A stretch of 63,985 bases of DNA, the filler included, from Candidatus Hydrogenedentota bacterium (GTDB lineage: Bacteria; JBFMHD01), in the NCBI GenBank assembly GCA_040752395.1. It is 6 parts of 6 records of this genome, joined end to end, with 100 filler letters (N's around TTAATTAATTAA, not from the genome) between each part and the next. Parts side by side here need not be neighbours in the genome. Positions count along the whole stretch, not along the records: positions 32,635 to 43,314 come from JBFMHD010000087.1; 5 more parts are not named here. One strand, given 5' to 3'. How positions within the stretch are numbered: position 1 is the first letter of the stretch; every line of letters starts with the position of its first letter. Position numbers and translations under genes: made by a program. A model generated the notes under the pieces. It did no database searches and was not told the DNA's origin. It saw only the letters and a list, made by a program, of their open reading frames with translations. Shown here piece after piece: positions 33,016-43,414 of this stretch.

Positions 33016-36000
33016 ATGGGATATAAAGTAATTTTTATGAAAGTTGATAAGGTAGATTTTCAAAACTGGATAAAGATACTAATCGCTATTTTTATTTTAA
33101 CTTTAACCAGTTCATTACAGGCGAAAATAAAAATAATAAGTGGTCCTGCGGTTGAAGATGAGTTAGCTGGTGTTGGCAGCGATGGTTATGATTCTTATGC
33201 AACCCAGATCTATCTTGAACACGCTTACCCTGATAATGATCCGTTTACTTTCTCGTTTCATCACAAGTTTGCTACTAGATATAGTTATTCAGATTTACAT
33301 TATGACCTTCTTGACAGTCCAACAATAACTGTTAACGGGGACCAGGTAACCATTTATACAGCAGGCACACCATACTATACCAATGAAGCTGTGGTTTTTG
33401 ATAGCGGGTTGATTATTTTTGGTGAGACGGACCCGATTACAGAGATGCAAGTGAATGCGCTACCTGGTGACCCAATATTAAATTACTCATTTTTACCTGA
33501 TAGCGCACTGTATCCAAACTGCACCAATCCTTTACATTTAAAAAAAGTGAGGTTCGAGTGGAGAATCACTCTTGATTCTGATTCAAGTGTGATAGATACA
33601 AATGTGTATTATAGATATCGGCATAATGAGTATCCGAATGATGGCGGGATAAATATTAGTGACTGGAGCGAAACAAAGGTTTTTATCCCGGGTGGACCAG
33701 CAAGCGACGTTGTAGTATATGATAATTTAATTGATGGCGTACACAAATTTGAGATAGAAGCTTATGATTCAGCTACCAATGTTCTTGTTGATACCGTTGT
33801 AATCTGGTTTAATGTCCAGGTTAAGCCATATCTCAAATTTTTAGCTCATCCTGGCGACGATATCAATGTATCAGAACCGATTAATCTCAATCTTGCGTAT
33901 CAATGGTCAGGTTATGACCCGGTTGATGCAACAAATCTTTTGTATTCGTTTAATTTTGCAAGAGATTATACAGGAACATATACTTTTGTAACAGGTGGGA
34001 CATCGTATGATTCAACTGTAACCCAAACAGGTATTTACAGATTTAATATTTATGTCTCAGATGGCTATAATACTGGTGCTATATTTTATGATAAACAGGG
34101 TGATATTTATAATGTTTATGATTTACCCCATATAATGACTTCGGTTCAGATTTCAGAGACACTTTCACCATATATTTTTCTTGAACGCGCGTTTTGTGAG
34201 CGAGCAGGTGTGGACACGAACCCTCTGTGGAACAATGACAATACCTCAGATACAGACATTATTAATATTCGTGCTGCTCTCGCATATACGCCTGATAATG
34301 AAAATTTTACCTATTATCCAGAAGGCAGTATAATAGATGGAAGCGTTATCAACTCGATTTCGTGGTATAATGGTGTTGTTCCTTTTGGATTTTATTCTGC
34401 AGATGTTTTTATGCCACACCAGGGATTTTCACTTGAGAACCCGTTTGGTAGGATCAGGCAGATACCTGATGCTGGTGATGATGCTGATATATACAACGTT
34501 TCAAGTCCATATACTGCTGATAACATATTTGGTTCAGGTGAATCACAACGTGGAAGCATGCTCGGACTCGATCCATATTATGATAACACGTCTAGTCGAC
34601 CGCTTTACTGGAACCCGACACACGGGTCAACGATATATCACAATGAAGTTGTTATAACGTTACGAAATCTTACAAGAGATGGTGTTCGTCCTAATGGTGG
34701 TTCACGAAACCACCAGTTTTATTTTTCCTGGAGACTCAATGATATCTATAACTCATCTCCTGAATTTGATGATCCAGGAATGAATGGCGAACTATATAGA
34801 AAAACCACATCTCAAGGCTTTGATTGGAGATACTCGGATAAGACATTTAACGATGACAAATTTTATCCTCCATTTACCTGGAGTGAAAATCATCGAGATG
34901 ATGAACCAGTATATGATCCCAAAAACAGTATTGGTGGTGTAGAACTGGCGATGTATCATCTTGAAGATTTTATAGATATATATTTTGGCGACCTTCAGGA
35001 TGGCTGGAATCATTTTACTGCGCTATGCGCAGATAAAGATGGCTATATATCACTTGAACCAGTAACACTTTCTTTTTATGTCGCTGACCCACCGAGGATA
35101 CCACGAGACGGGGATATAGAATATGGAAATGTAGTAGATGTTGAGGGATTGGCTGGACCAACTGGTTCCTATTTTGAGAGGGCCGCTACCTATGCGTGGG
35201 TTGGTAAGGACAATACCACGCCACAATCTCAGCTACTCTACAGGTATACGATAAGCGGGCCGGGTAAGAACAGTATCTGGACAGACTGGGCATCTGATAC
35301 TATCGTTTCTTTTGAACTGGAGTATGATGGAACTTATGAATTTTTTGTGCAGGCACGTGATCTCGGAGCTGATTTAAATAGTGATGTACCACAGATAGGC
35401 GATGACAATTTCAGTTCTGTAAGAAGTAAGCGGATACAATTTTATTCCAGGGCCGAGACCGTGATGAGAAAATACATAGTTGTTACAGACTCAGCTTTGG
35501 CAGGGGCTTCAACGATAACTGCTGATTCAGATGACGGTGTTGGAACAACGTATGCGTTCCCGAGATTACCTGCGTTGACTGATGTACTCGTTGAAGAGCC
35601 ATTTGGTACCATAGATGGCACCAATAAACAATTTACTTTAAAGTATGACGCATATTTTATAATTTATGTAACTATAAATGGGACAATAACCACTGATTAT
35701 ACAATTGGAGGTACGAATAACAATATTTTAACTTTTAACACCGCACCCGCAGAGAATAGCGAGATACTTGTAAAATACACTTTTAAAGAAGGAACATCAG
35801 ATACAGAGGTATATAATATCCCAAAAATAAAAGATAGATTTGGTGTACTTTATACAGATGTAACGCCATTAAATCCGAGTACACTTGCTGGTTCACGTGA
35901 ATATAAAATCAATTATGCTACTGGTTCAATTATATTTGGTGTACCACCTTCTGATACACCAACGCTTGAGTATTCTGTGAATGTCTTTGATAATTCATTA

Positions 36001-39000
36001 GATACCTCAGTGCAAAAATTCCCTATAAAATTTGAATGGCAGTCATTTTTACCGCGTTTTGACCCTTCTGATAACAGCGCCATTTCTGATACACAGGCTG
36101 AGTATGATGTATTTCTCGATGGTGTTCCAGTACTGGTAAAAACAAACTCCAGGTATTATGAGATAGTAGAGCCGATGGATGATGGGTTTCATACCTTTAG
36201 TGTTCGGGCATTCAGAGGTGTTTTGGGATTGAATGATGAGAGTGAAGTAGAGATACCGTTTATTGTGTCTATGAAACCAGTTGTATATATTGATACGGTT
36301 TTAGCAGTAAATAAAGAAGATTATAGTGATTCTTACAGGATATACAATGGCGAGGTGATAAATTTTGGGGCAATAGAGATACATTATCATGCTATCTCAC
36401 CGATAAACATAAAAATAGACAGCTATTATATAGACGCAGCAGGCAGTCTAATTACCACGAGTTCAACAAGTGTTATTATAACATTTAATTCTGAGGGACT
36501 GAAGAGTATTGGTGTGAAAGCTTCTGATATTTTAGGCAATGTTGGTGAATTCTCGTATTTTACTTTTACCATAAGTTCAAACCCATTTATTGAGATTGAT
36601 ACAGTCTCATTTATTGATACGACGTACCCAGGGAGTGACACAGGGCCACATATTGTTCGTGGAGATACTGGATTATTTATATTTCATGGTAGAGATGCTA
36701 TTGATTCTATAAGTCAGCTTGTATATGAATATAATAAAAACTTTGACCCTCAAAGTGTAATATTTATCTCGACCGATACTAATGGTACGAGTACTTCTGT
36801 TTTTATCCCTAATTTTGATCTCATAGGTTCGAATGAGGGTCAAGGTCAGTTCACCTTTGAAGTGCGGTCCAAAGACAGAAATGGGAATTATTCGACTTCA
36901 GATTCGTTTGTTTTTTTCAGGGATTCAAAAGCGCCGTTTTTTAATTTTATTTCGCCGACACCTGACAGCGGTACTCAAATGCTTTCACCCGCTGATGTAA
37001 CCATAGCAATAGACATATCTGACTCTGGATTTTCAGATACGACCGTGTGGTATACCTTAATACTTTATAATTCAGGAATGGGTATTGTTTATGAGGATAC
37101 TGGTAACGGTGACACACAGAGATCCTATGTTGATTTACCGGTAGATAGCTACTCTATTGTTGTTATTTTAACTGACCAGGTGGGATTAAAATATACAGAT
37201 ACCCGAGTTTTTTATGTGGTACCATTTGGAGCCTCGAGGATCATATTATTAAGAGGACCTGCTATTACAGGTGAGCTTGCAGGTCTCGGCACCACAGTTG
37301 ATAACTATTATACCCAGACAACTATTGAATGCGATGTTGATGATTTGAACTCAAAGACATTTTCATTCAGGCATCATGCTCAATATAGGGGTGGATTATT
37401 ATCTGATTATGAATATTTAACCAATCCTGTGATCAAAGTTTTAGGACAACCAGTTACCATAAAGACAGATCCCTCGACCTTATTAGAAGCGAGTGTTGAT
37501 ACAGTAACTGGCAAGATAACTTTTGGCGCTGTGCCGTCTGCGATCCCAACGATTGATTATTCTATCATCGCAGATTCAACATATCCACGTACTGACACAT
37601 TGTTTAACCCACTCTCGATTACTACCGCTGAGTTTGAATTTACGGTATGGAGCGGTGTAGATGTTGTAGATACAACTACAGCGATAATAACCCAACATAA
37701 TGTTTACAAGAATGATGGTAGTATTATTCAGGGCAGTTTATCAGATACTATTTATTTAACTGAACAGAGCCAAACAATCTCGAATGTTTTTGCCAACCTG
37801 GTTGACGGTCTTCATCAATATATTATTTATGCGATTAGCCCATCAGCAGGACTTATGGATACCTTAATGATTTCATTTCAGGTTCAGGTAAAACCAGTGG
37901 CAACGATTACCAATGCGCCGCCAGCAGAGTTATATGTTACCGAACCATTTACCCAGAACCTGATTTATCAATGGGAAGCCTCGAATACATTTGAAGGCGA
38001 GACTATTTATTATACGTATGAATTTTTATGTAATCAAACAGGTCTTCTTTATCGTGAAACAGTACTACGGACCGATACAACAATTTCAGTTTCAACAAGA
38101 GATACCTATTATTTCAATTTGTATGTCAGCGATGGCTACAATACCTCGGTCTATATTTATGATAATGGTGGATCCTTGCGCCAGTCAACTGATACGCCGC
38201 ATCAAAGCACTGCATTGCTGATTATGGGCAACAAACCCAGTTTGTATTTTGAGCGGGTATTTGTAGAAAAAGCCGGTGTGGTTTCAGGGACACCATATTC
38301 ATCTGCTGATGGCGTTGATACCTTAAATCCAGTAGCTGATTTGCTTTATGAAGATAATAATCTGTGGTATTTTGTATCTTCTCCTTCGTCATATTATAAT
38401 TCAATCAGCTGGTATAATGGTTATGGTCCTTTTGGATTTAACGGTTATATTATAAGTCTTGGACCCAACTCCCCACTCCTTTATAGTAAATATGGCGAGC
38501 TACGTTTAGATGCTGATGTTTTTGAGATTACTGTCAGCCAAAATTATGATATCCAGGCAGGCTCAGGTGAATATCAACGCAAGAGTAAATTAGGGTTATC
38601 AAGCTGTAATCCAGGTGATGATCCGTTACGTATTAGCTGGAATCCCTCAAACGGAAGCACCTTGCGCATTAATAAACAAGATTATCTGAATAGCTGGATT
38701 ATTAATGGTACGTCGGTACAGAGCATCCCTGAAGAATACACTAATGAAGTTATTTTTACTGTTCGGGGGGTCGCACCAGCTGGTATTGAAAACAATGCAT
38801 TATATTATGCATGGCAGTTAGAAAACATTAATGGCTCCACAGGTTTTACCAATCCCGGGGTAAATAATGGTAGAATAGAGACAACAATCGGGGGGGATAA
38901 ATATTTTGCAACGTATGAGTGGACAGAAAACCATGTGACAGGTGCGCCGTTTGATGATCCAAGTACAACGATTGGCGGTACGCCTAAAACCTTTTATCAT

Positions 39001-41592
39001 CGTGAAGACTTTATTGATATTTATTTAAAAGACCTTGAAGATGGTGTGAATATTTTAACTGTAAAAAATACAACTGATCAGGGAGTTGGTTGTGTTGCAC
39101 CAGCAGTTGCAATTTTTAATGTAAAGAAACCGCCTACGTTTACAAAATTTACCGGTCCTGAGGGCGATGTAACTTCAGCTTCAGTCAGCTATACCTGGGA
39201 AGCAAAAGATAATACAACAGACGTATCAGAGATACGATATCGGTTTAGTATCTCTGCACCAGTGTCTATTGTTTCAGTGACATATCCTTCTGGTCAGACC
39301 CAGCAGATTACTGCAGGTATGTTTACAGACTGGGACACTGCTACCTCGATAACCATCAATCTGACATATGAGGGCGCATATTCGATAACTATTCAGGCAC
39401 GGGATGCAGGTGGAGATTTAGTCCCACTTAATGATGATGATAATCTATCAAATTTTGAATGGGACATCGACCACTGGGTTGCAAGCAATTATACTGAAGA
39501 ACTTAAAACCACCAAGGAATTTTTTGTGGGATTATTTCCTGAATCAATTATTACCAAAGGACCATATATTTATGAGCAAATCACTGAGACAGCGTTACCC
39601 GGGACCACGGTAGATTCAGCTGATACCGATGACGGCGATTCACGTACCTGGGCATTCCGCCGACTCCCAACGAATAAAATAGTTCTGGCTGAAACCCCAA
39701 AGGGCGATATTAATGGCACAAATAAAAACTTTATTTTGTCTAATGCTACTACGCTTGATGATATTATTAAATATAGAATCGATAATACCACGTACACGGA
39801 TCGAACTAATTTGATATTAGCTACTTCGGATTATAAAACACTGACACTACCAACTGCTCCATCATCGGATGTCGAGGTGTTGTATCGGTATAATAATAGT
39901 CCTGACAGCAGATCATGGAACGCAGTTACAGTTAAAGTAAATGGTGTGCCACTTGTTGATCGCACTGGCGATACTTTTTACGGGACAGCTCCAAATGAGT
40001 TCAAGGTTGATTTTACTAATGGTTCTATTCTTTTGAGAGAGGGTGTATTAGATACGCCGATTATCAATTATTCAGTTGATTTTATGAAAACCTCATATAT
40101 TTATGATCAGGTTGAATTTGACTGGGATGCCCTTATCCCACCCTCCAGTGATAATATAAAGGATACTACTGCTACATTTAATGTATATTGCGATGGTGTT
40201 GCTGGATTCCCTATTCTCGGAACCCCCTCACGTAAAACGACAATCACCAGTAATTTAGCAGATGGTACCTATACTATAAAAGTATATGCAAAAGACTCAT
40301 CAGGGAAAATAGACCCGTCACCAGCAGAAATTACGTTTGGCATTTATGCGCATCCTATTGTGGTCATAGACCGCGTTATTGCTATAAACCAGTATGATCC
40401 AACAGATACTCTTTTAGTGACTCAGGGAATGACCGTTAACTATAGTTTGTTTCAATTCTATTATTCTGCTGTGCCATCATTACCAACTGCCTCGATCTTA
40501 AAATACAGTTATGATACAGGATTTGGGTTCATTGATACCACAGCCACTATGGTTAAGGTTAAATATAATTCTGAGGGCATGCAATCATTTAATTTGAAAG
40601 CAACTGATTCACGTAATAAAACAGGAGAATTATCGACTCCATTTACTTTTATCATAGGGTCGAACCCCAGTGTGCGTATTACACAAATTATGAATTCAAG
40701 AGGAGAAACAACAGTAATATATGATACCACATCAAAGGTAGAGGTTAATACAGATACAGTTATTATTTATTTCAAGGGAAGTGATGCTATTGATACGTCA
40801 GGTGCTATTCGATATCAATATAGGTTTGCTACGATGGGTTCGTTTCTTCTCACAGGTAACAATGGGTTTGATAGTTTTATAACTTTATATCTTACAGCAT
40901 ATTCAGATGGTATTTTATTGTTTGAGGTCAAAGCCATAGATTCTGCTAATAATTCTTCTGAGGTGGATACAATAAGCATATATAGAAACACTATTAAGCC
41001 GACAATTACTTTTGTATCGCCAACTCCCTCGCCTGATAACACAACTCTTTATGTTAATTCTGCTACATTTAAATGGATAGCAACTGATAGCGCTTTTACA
41101 GACGCTGTAATAACGTATGATATCATCTTTCAGAAACCTGATGGAACTATCCAGGCTTATCTTGGAACCTTAAATGAAACCACATTTACTGATTTTGGGT
41201 CAGGTAACTATATTTTTACTGTAATAGCACGAGATGAAGCAGGTAATACGGATTCGATCCAGAGAACCTTTAATGTAAGTGTAATTTTACAATTCGATGA
41301 CCCGGGCCACCCCTATCCTAATCCTGTTGTAGACCAGGAATATGCTTGTATATATTTTGATTTAAATGGTCCCGCAGATGTTACGATTAAGATTTATAAT
41401 TTAAATCAGGAGTTAATAAAAACCATTTATCTTCCAAACAGAACAGGTAATGCTGATTTAGACAAATATTTATGGTATCTTGATAATGATGATGGTGATA
41501 AAATAGCAAGTGGTGTATATTTTTACAGGATTGAAGCCACATCTCCATCGGGTAATATCTCTTCTTTTGGAAAGATTGCGATTGTAAAGTAG
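33016..41592 (+). CDS. Giant secreted beta-rich protein (2858 aa): tandem duplication of a ~1370-aa unit plus T9SS-CTD/FlgD-like end
   Basis: Signal peptide ending SSLQA; C-terminal YPNP..IYNL..ELIKT..W...G..IASGVYFY..KIAIVK. Confidence 0.85.
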   Translation: MGYKVIFMKVDKVDFQNWIKILIAIFILTLTSSLQAKIKIISGPAVEDELAGVGSDGYDSYATQIYLEHAYPDNDPFTFSFHHKFATRYSYSDLHYDLLDSPTITVNGDQVTIYTAGTPYYTNEAVVFDSGLIIFGETDPITEMQVNALPGDPILNYSFLPDSALYPNCTNPLHLKKVRFEWRITLDSDSSVIDTNVYYRYRHNEYPNDGGINISDWSETKVFIPGGPASDVVVYDNLIDGVHKFEIEAYDSATNVLVDTVVIWFNVQVKPYLKFLAHPGDDINVSEPINLNLAYQWSGYDPVDATNLLYSFNFARDYTGTYTFVTGGTSYDSTVTQTGIYRFNIYVSDGYNTGAIFYDKQGDIYNVYDLPHIMTSVQISETLSPYIFLERAFCERAGVDTNPLWNNDNTSDTDIINIRAALAYTPDNENFTYYPEGSIIDGSVINSISWYNGVVPFGFYSADVFMPHQGFSLENPFGRIRQIPDAGDDADIYNVSSPYTADNIFGSGESQRGSMLGLDPYYDNTSSRPLYWNPTHGSTIYHNEVVITLRNLTRDGVRPNGGSRNHQFYFSWRLNDIYNSSPEFDDPGMNGELYRKTTSQGFDWRYSDKTFNDDKFYPPFTWSENHRDDEPVYDPKNSIGGVELAMYHLEDFIDIYFGDLQDGWNHFTALCADKDGYISLEPVTLSFYVADPPRIPRDGDIEYGNVVDVEGLAGPTGSYFERAATYAWVGKDNTTPQSQLLYRYTISGPGKNSIWTDWASDTIVSFELEYDGTYEFFVQARDLGADLNSDVPQIGDDNFSSVRSKRIQFYSRAETVMRKYIVVTDSALAGASTITADSDDGVGTTYAFPRLPALTDVLVEEPFGTIDGTNKQFTLKYDAYFIIYVTINGTITTDYTIGGTNNNILTFNTAPAENSEILVKYTFKEGTSDTEVYNIPKIKDRFGVLYTDVTPLNPSTLAGSREYKINYATGSIIFGVPPSDTPTLEYSVNVFDNSLDTSVQKFPIKFEWQSFLPRFDPSDNSAISDTQAEYDVFLDGVPVLVKTNSRYYEIVEPMDDGFHTFSVRAFRGVLGLNDESEVEIPFIVSMKPVVYIDTVLAVNKEDYSDSYRIYNGEVINFGAIEIHYHAISPINIKIDSYYIDAAGSLITTSSTSVIITFNSEGLKSIGVKASDILGNVGEFSYFTFTISSNPFIEIDTVSFIDTTYPGSDTGPHIVRGDTGLFIFHGRDAIDSISQLVYEYNKNFDPQSVIFISTDTNGTSTSVFIPNFDLIGSNEGQGQFTFEVRSKDRNGNYSTSDSFVFFRDSKAPFFNFISPTPDSGTQMLSPADVTIAIDISDSGFSDTTVWYTLILYNSGMGIVYEDTGNGDTQRSYVDLPVDSYSIVVILTDQVGLKYTDTRVFYVVPFGASRIILLRGPAITGELAGLGTTVDNYYTQTTIECDVDDLNSKTFSFRHHAQYRGGLLSDYEYLTNPVIKVLGQPVTIKTDPSTLLEASVDTVTGKITFGAVPSAIPTIDYSIIADSTYPRTDTLFNPLSITTAEFEFTVWSGVDVVDTTTAIITQHNVYKNDGSIIQGSLSDTIYLTEQSQTISNVFANLVDGLHQYIIYAISPSAGLMDTLMISFQVQVKPVATITNAPPAELYVTEPFTQNLIYQWEASNTFEGETIYYTYEFLCNQTGLLYRETVLRTDTTISVSTRDTYYFNLYVSDGYNTSVYIYDNGGSLRQSTDTPHQSTALLIMGNKPSLYFERVFVEKAGVVSGTPYSSADGVDTLNPVADLLYEDNNLWYFVSSPSSYYNSISWYNGYGPFGFNGYIISLGPNSPLLYSKYGELRLDADVFEITVSQNYDIQAGSGEYQRKSKLGLSSCNPGDDPLRISWNPSNGSTLRINKQDYLNSWIINGTSVQSIPEEYTNEVIFTVRGVAPAGIENNALYYAWQLENINGSTGFTNPGVNNGRIETTIGGDKYFATYEWTENHVTGAPFDDPSTTIGGTPKTFYHREDFIDIYLKDLEDGVNILTVKNTTDQGVGCVAPAVAIFNVKKPPTFTKFTGPEGDVTSASVSYTWEAKDNTTDVSEIRYRFSISAPVSIVSVTYPSGQTQQITAGMFTDWDTATSITINLTYEGAYSITIQARDAGGDLVPLNDDDNLSNFEWDIDHWVASNYTEELKTTKEFFVGLFPESIITKGPYIYEQITETALPGTTVDSADTDDGDSRTWAFRRLPTNKIVLAETPKGDINGTNKNFILSNATTLDDIIKYRIDNTTYTDRTNLILATSDYKTLTLPTAPSSDVEVLYRYNNSPDSRSWNAVTVKVNGVPLVDRTGDTFYGTAPNEFKVDFTNGSILLREGVLDTPIINYSVDFMKTSYIYDQVEFDWDALIPPSSDNIKDTTATFNVYCDGVAGFPILGTPSRKTTITSNLADGTYTIKVYAKDSSGKIDPSPAEITFGIYAHPIVVIDRVIAINQYDPTDTLLVTQGMTVNYSLFQFYYSAVPSLPTASILKYSYDTGFGFIDTTATMVKVKYNSEGMQSFNLKATDSRNKTGELSTPFTFIIGSNPSVRITQIMNSRGETTVIYDTTSKVEVNTDTVIIYFKGSDAIDTSGAIRYQYRFATMGSFLLTGNNGFDSFITLYLTAYSDGILLFEVKAIDSANNSSEVDTISIYRNTIKPTITFVSPTPSPDNTTLYVNSATFKWIATDSAFTDAVITYDIIFQKPDGTIQAYLGTLNETTFTDFGSGNYIFTVIARDEAGNTDSIQRTFNVSVILQFDDPGHPYPNPVVDQEYACIYFDLNGPADVTIKIYNLNQELIKTIYLPNRTGNADLDKYLWYLDNDDGDKIASGVYFYRIEATSPSGNISSFGKIAIVK

Positions 41593-41614
41593 GCAGAATA
41601 TCTGTATTTTAAGG

Positions 41615-43156
41615 ATGCTTAAGGCATTCATCTGGCAGAAAATTTTTTATTCTTCGTGCCTCAAACCATTGGTTTTAATGGCTATGGTTCTATATAATGA
41701 AAAAAAGGTTTTTTTTGTAGTATATTGCATACTATTTTATAGTTCAGTAAACCTCTATGCTGGTGGCAAAGGTACTTCTGGTGCACAATTTCTTGATATT
41801 GAAGTAGGGGCACGGGCAATGGGGGTGGGTGGTGCGTTTGTTGGATTAGCTGATGATGCTGAAGGAATTTATTATAATCCGGCCTCGCAGGCTTTCTTTC
41901 TTAGAAAAAATATATTAATACATCACGATTCGAGATTTTTTGATAATCAGTTCAACTATTTCGCTTATAGTTCTCCGCTAAAAGAGAAACACGGCCTTTC
42001 GCTTAATTTTACTTATCAAGATGCAGGTAATTTTGAAGCTTATGATATTGCTAACAGGAGAATGGGTAGTTTTGATGCGAGAGATTATGCTCTTGGCTTT
42101 GGCTATGGTTATAGACTTAATAAATCTTTTGGTGTAGGGGCAAATTTAAAATTTATCAGGTCTACAATAGCATCGTATGATGCTGAAGCTATTGGTTTAG
42201 ATGCCGGACTTTTATTCAGGTTTAATGAGAAGTTATCAATAGGAGCATCGTTAAGAAATATCGGCAGCGGAATAAGATTTATAAGACAGAAAGACGATTT
42301 ACCTTTAAATTTTCAAGCAGGTATCGGCTATACACCTTTTAAAAACTGGAATATCCTTTTTGATATTAATAAATCGATAGATGATGATAAATTCAGAATT
42401 CATTTAGGCACTGAATATTGGTTTCTTGGTCGTTATGGTATAAGAGTGGGGTATAGGGATGTAGATGATATGGGAGGCGATGTAGATGGTTTAACAGCGG
42501 GTCTGGGACTACGGTTTTTTATAGAAGAACCTGATAAAAGAGCAAGACGCGAGTTTTATGCAGGTGAACCATCGTTAAATTATGCATATATCCCACAGGG
42601 TGATTTCGGGAAAAGTCACATTCTTTCTTTATCATTTGCTTTCGGGAAAATAAGAGGGGCGGTTGATAAGATTAAAAAAGAGAAAGAAGCGAGATTGCGG
42701 ACCCCTGAGGAAATCCAAACAGAGAAAGAGAATTATGTGAAAAAAGAAAAATTTAAAGGAAAACTCATCGCTGTTCTTGATTTCAGGAATACTTTAGAAG
42801 AGGACGGATACGAATGGTTAAGAAAAGCGTTAAGAGACATAATCGTTTCGAAATTACAGAATAAATACACGATTCTTGAGAGAAAAAAAGTGAAAGAGGT
42901 CGCAGAACTGGTTGACCTCGCTGGCATCCAACTTAAAACCGATGAAGATTTTTTACAATTCGGCAGATTCTTAGAAGTCGATGGCTTTATAGCAGGTGCT
43001 TTTGCTGTTGAGGCTGATATAATTCATCTTGAGGTTGGCATCTATGATGTTAAATCCTCTGTTGTAAGAGATAGTTTTATGGTGAAAGAAAAGGTCGAGG
43101 ATGTTTTTAACATCGGAGAGAACCTTGCTAAACGTGTAGAACGGAGCCTCAAATGA
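41615..43156 (+). CDS. PorV/PorQ-like (UPF0164) outer-membrane barrel fused to a CsgG/FlgO-like domain
   Basis: FL.I.VGARAMGVGGAFV..ADD...IYYNPA; C-terminal IAVLDFRN...LER; start may be later. Confidence 0.8.
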   Translation: MLKAFIWQKIFYSSCLKPLVLMAMVLYNEKKVFFVVYCILFYSSVNLYAGGKGTSGAQFLDIEVGARAMGVGGAFVGLADDAEGIYYNPASQAFFLRKNILIHHDSRFFDNQFNYFAYSSPLKEKHGLSLNFTYQDAGNFEAYDIANRRMGSFDARDYALGFGYGYRLNKSFGVGANLKFIRSTIASYDAEAIGLDAGLLFRFNEKLSIGASLRNIGSGIRFIRQKDDLPLNFQAGIGYTPFKNWNILFDINKSIDDDKFRIHLGTEYWFLGRYGIRVGYRDVDDMGGDVDGLTAGLGLRFFIEEPDKRARREFYAGEPSLNYAYIPQGDFGKSHILSLSFAFGKIRGAVDKIKKEKEARLRTPEEIQTEKENYVKKEKFKGKLIAVLDFRNTLEEDGYEWLRKALRDIIVSKLQNKYTILERKKVKEVAELVDLAGIQLKTDEDFLQFGRFLEVDGFIAGAFAVEADIIHLEVGIYDVKSSVVRDSFMVKEKVEDVFNIGENLAKRVERSLK

Positions 43157-43314
43157 CACGCTCAAGCTGTTATTGGGTTGTTGGGTTGTTGGGTTGTTGG
43201 GTTATTGGGTTATTGGGTGCTGATATTTTATACAGTTATGATGTAACTATAGGCAAAGTATATTTCAGTGTTGGTGGTGATAGCTCAGGATCAAATTTTT
43301 CATTTAACAGCGAA
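43153..43314 (+). CDS. Probable secreted protein, 5' end only; signal peptide encoded by an octamer repeat
   Basis: ATGA overlap with upstream stop; (GTTRTTGG)x6 at 43169-43216 encodes WVVGLLGCWVIGLLGA. Confidence 0.55.
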
Positions 43315-43414
43315 NNNNNNNNNNNNNNNNNNNNNNNNNNNNNNNNNNNNNNNNNNNNTTAATTAATTAANNNNNNNNNNNNNNNNNNNNNNNNNNNNNN
43401 NNNNNNNNNNNNNN
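43315..43414. other. Artificial contig spacer
   Basis: N/TTAATTAATTAA/N. Confidence 0.98.
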
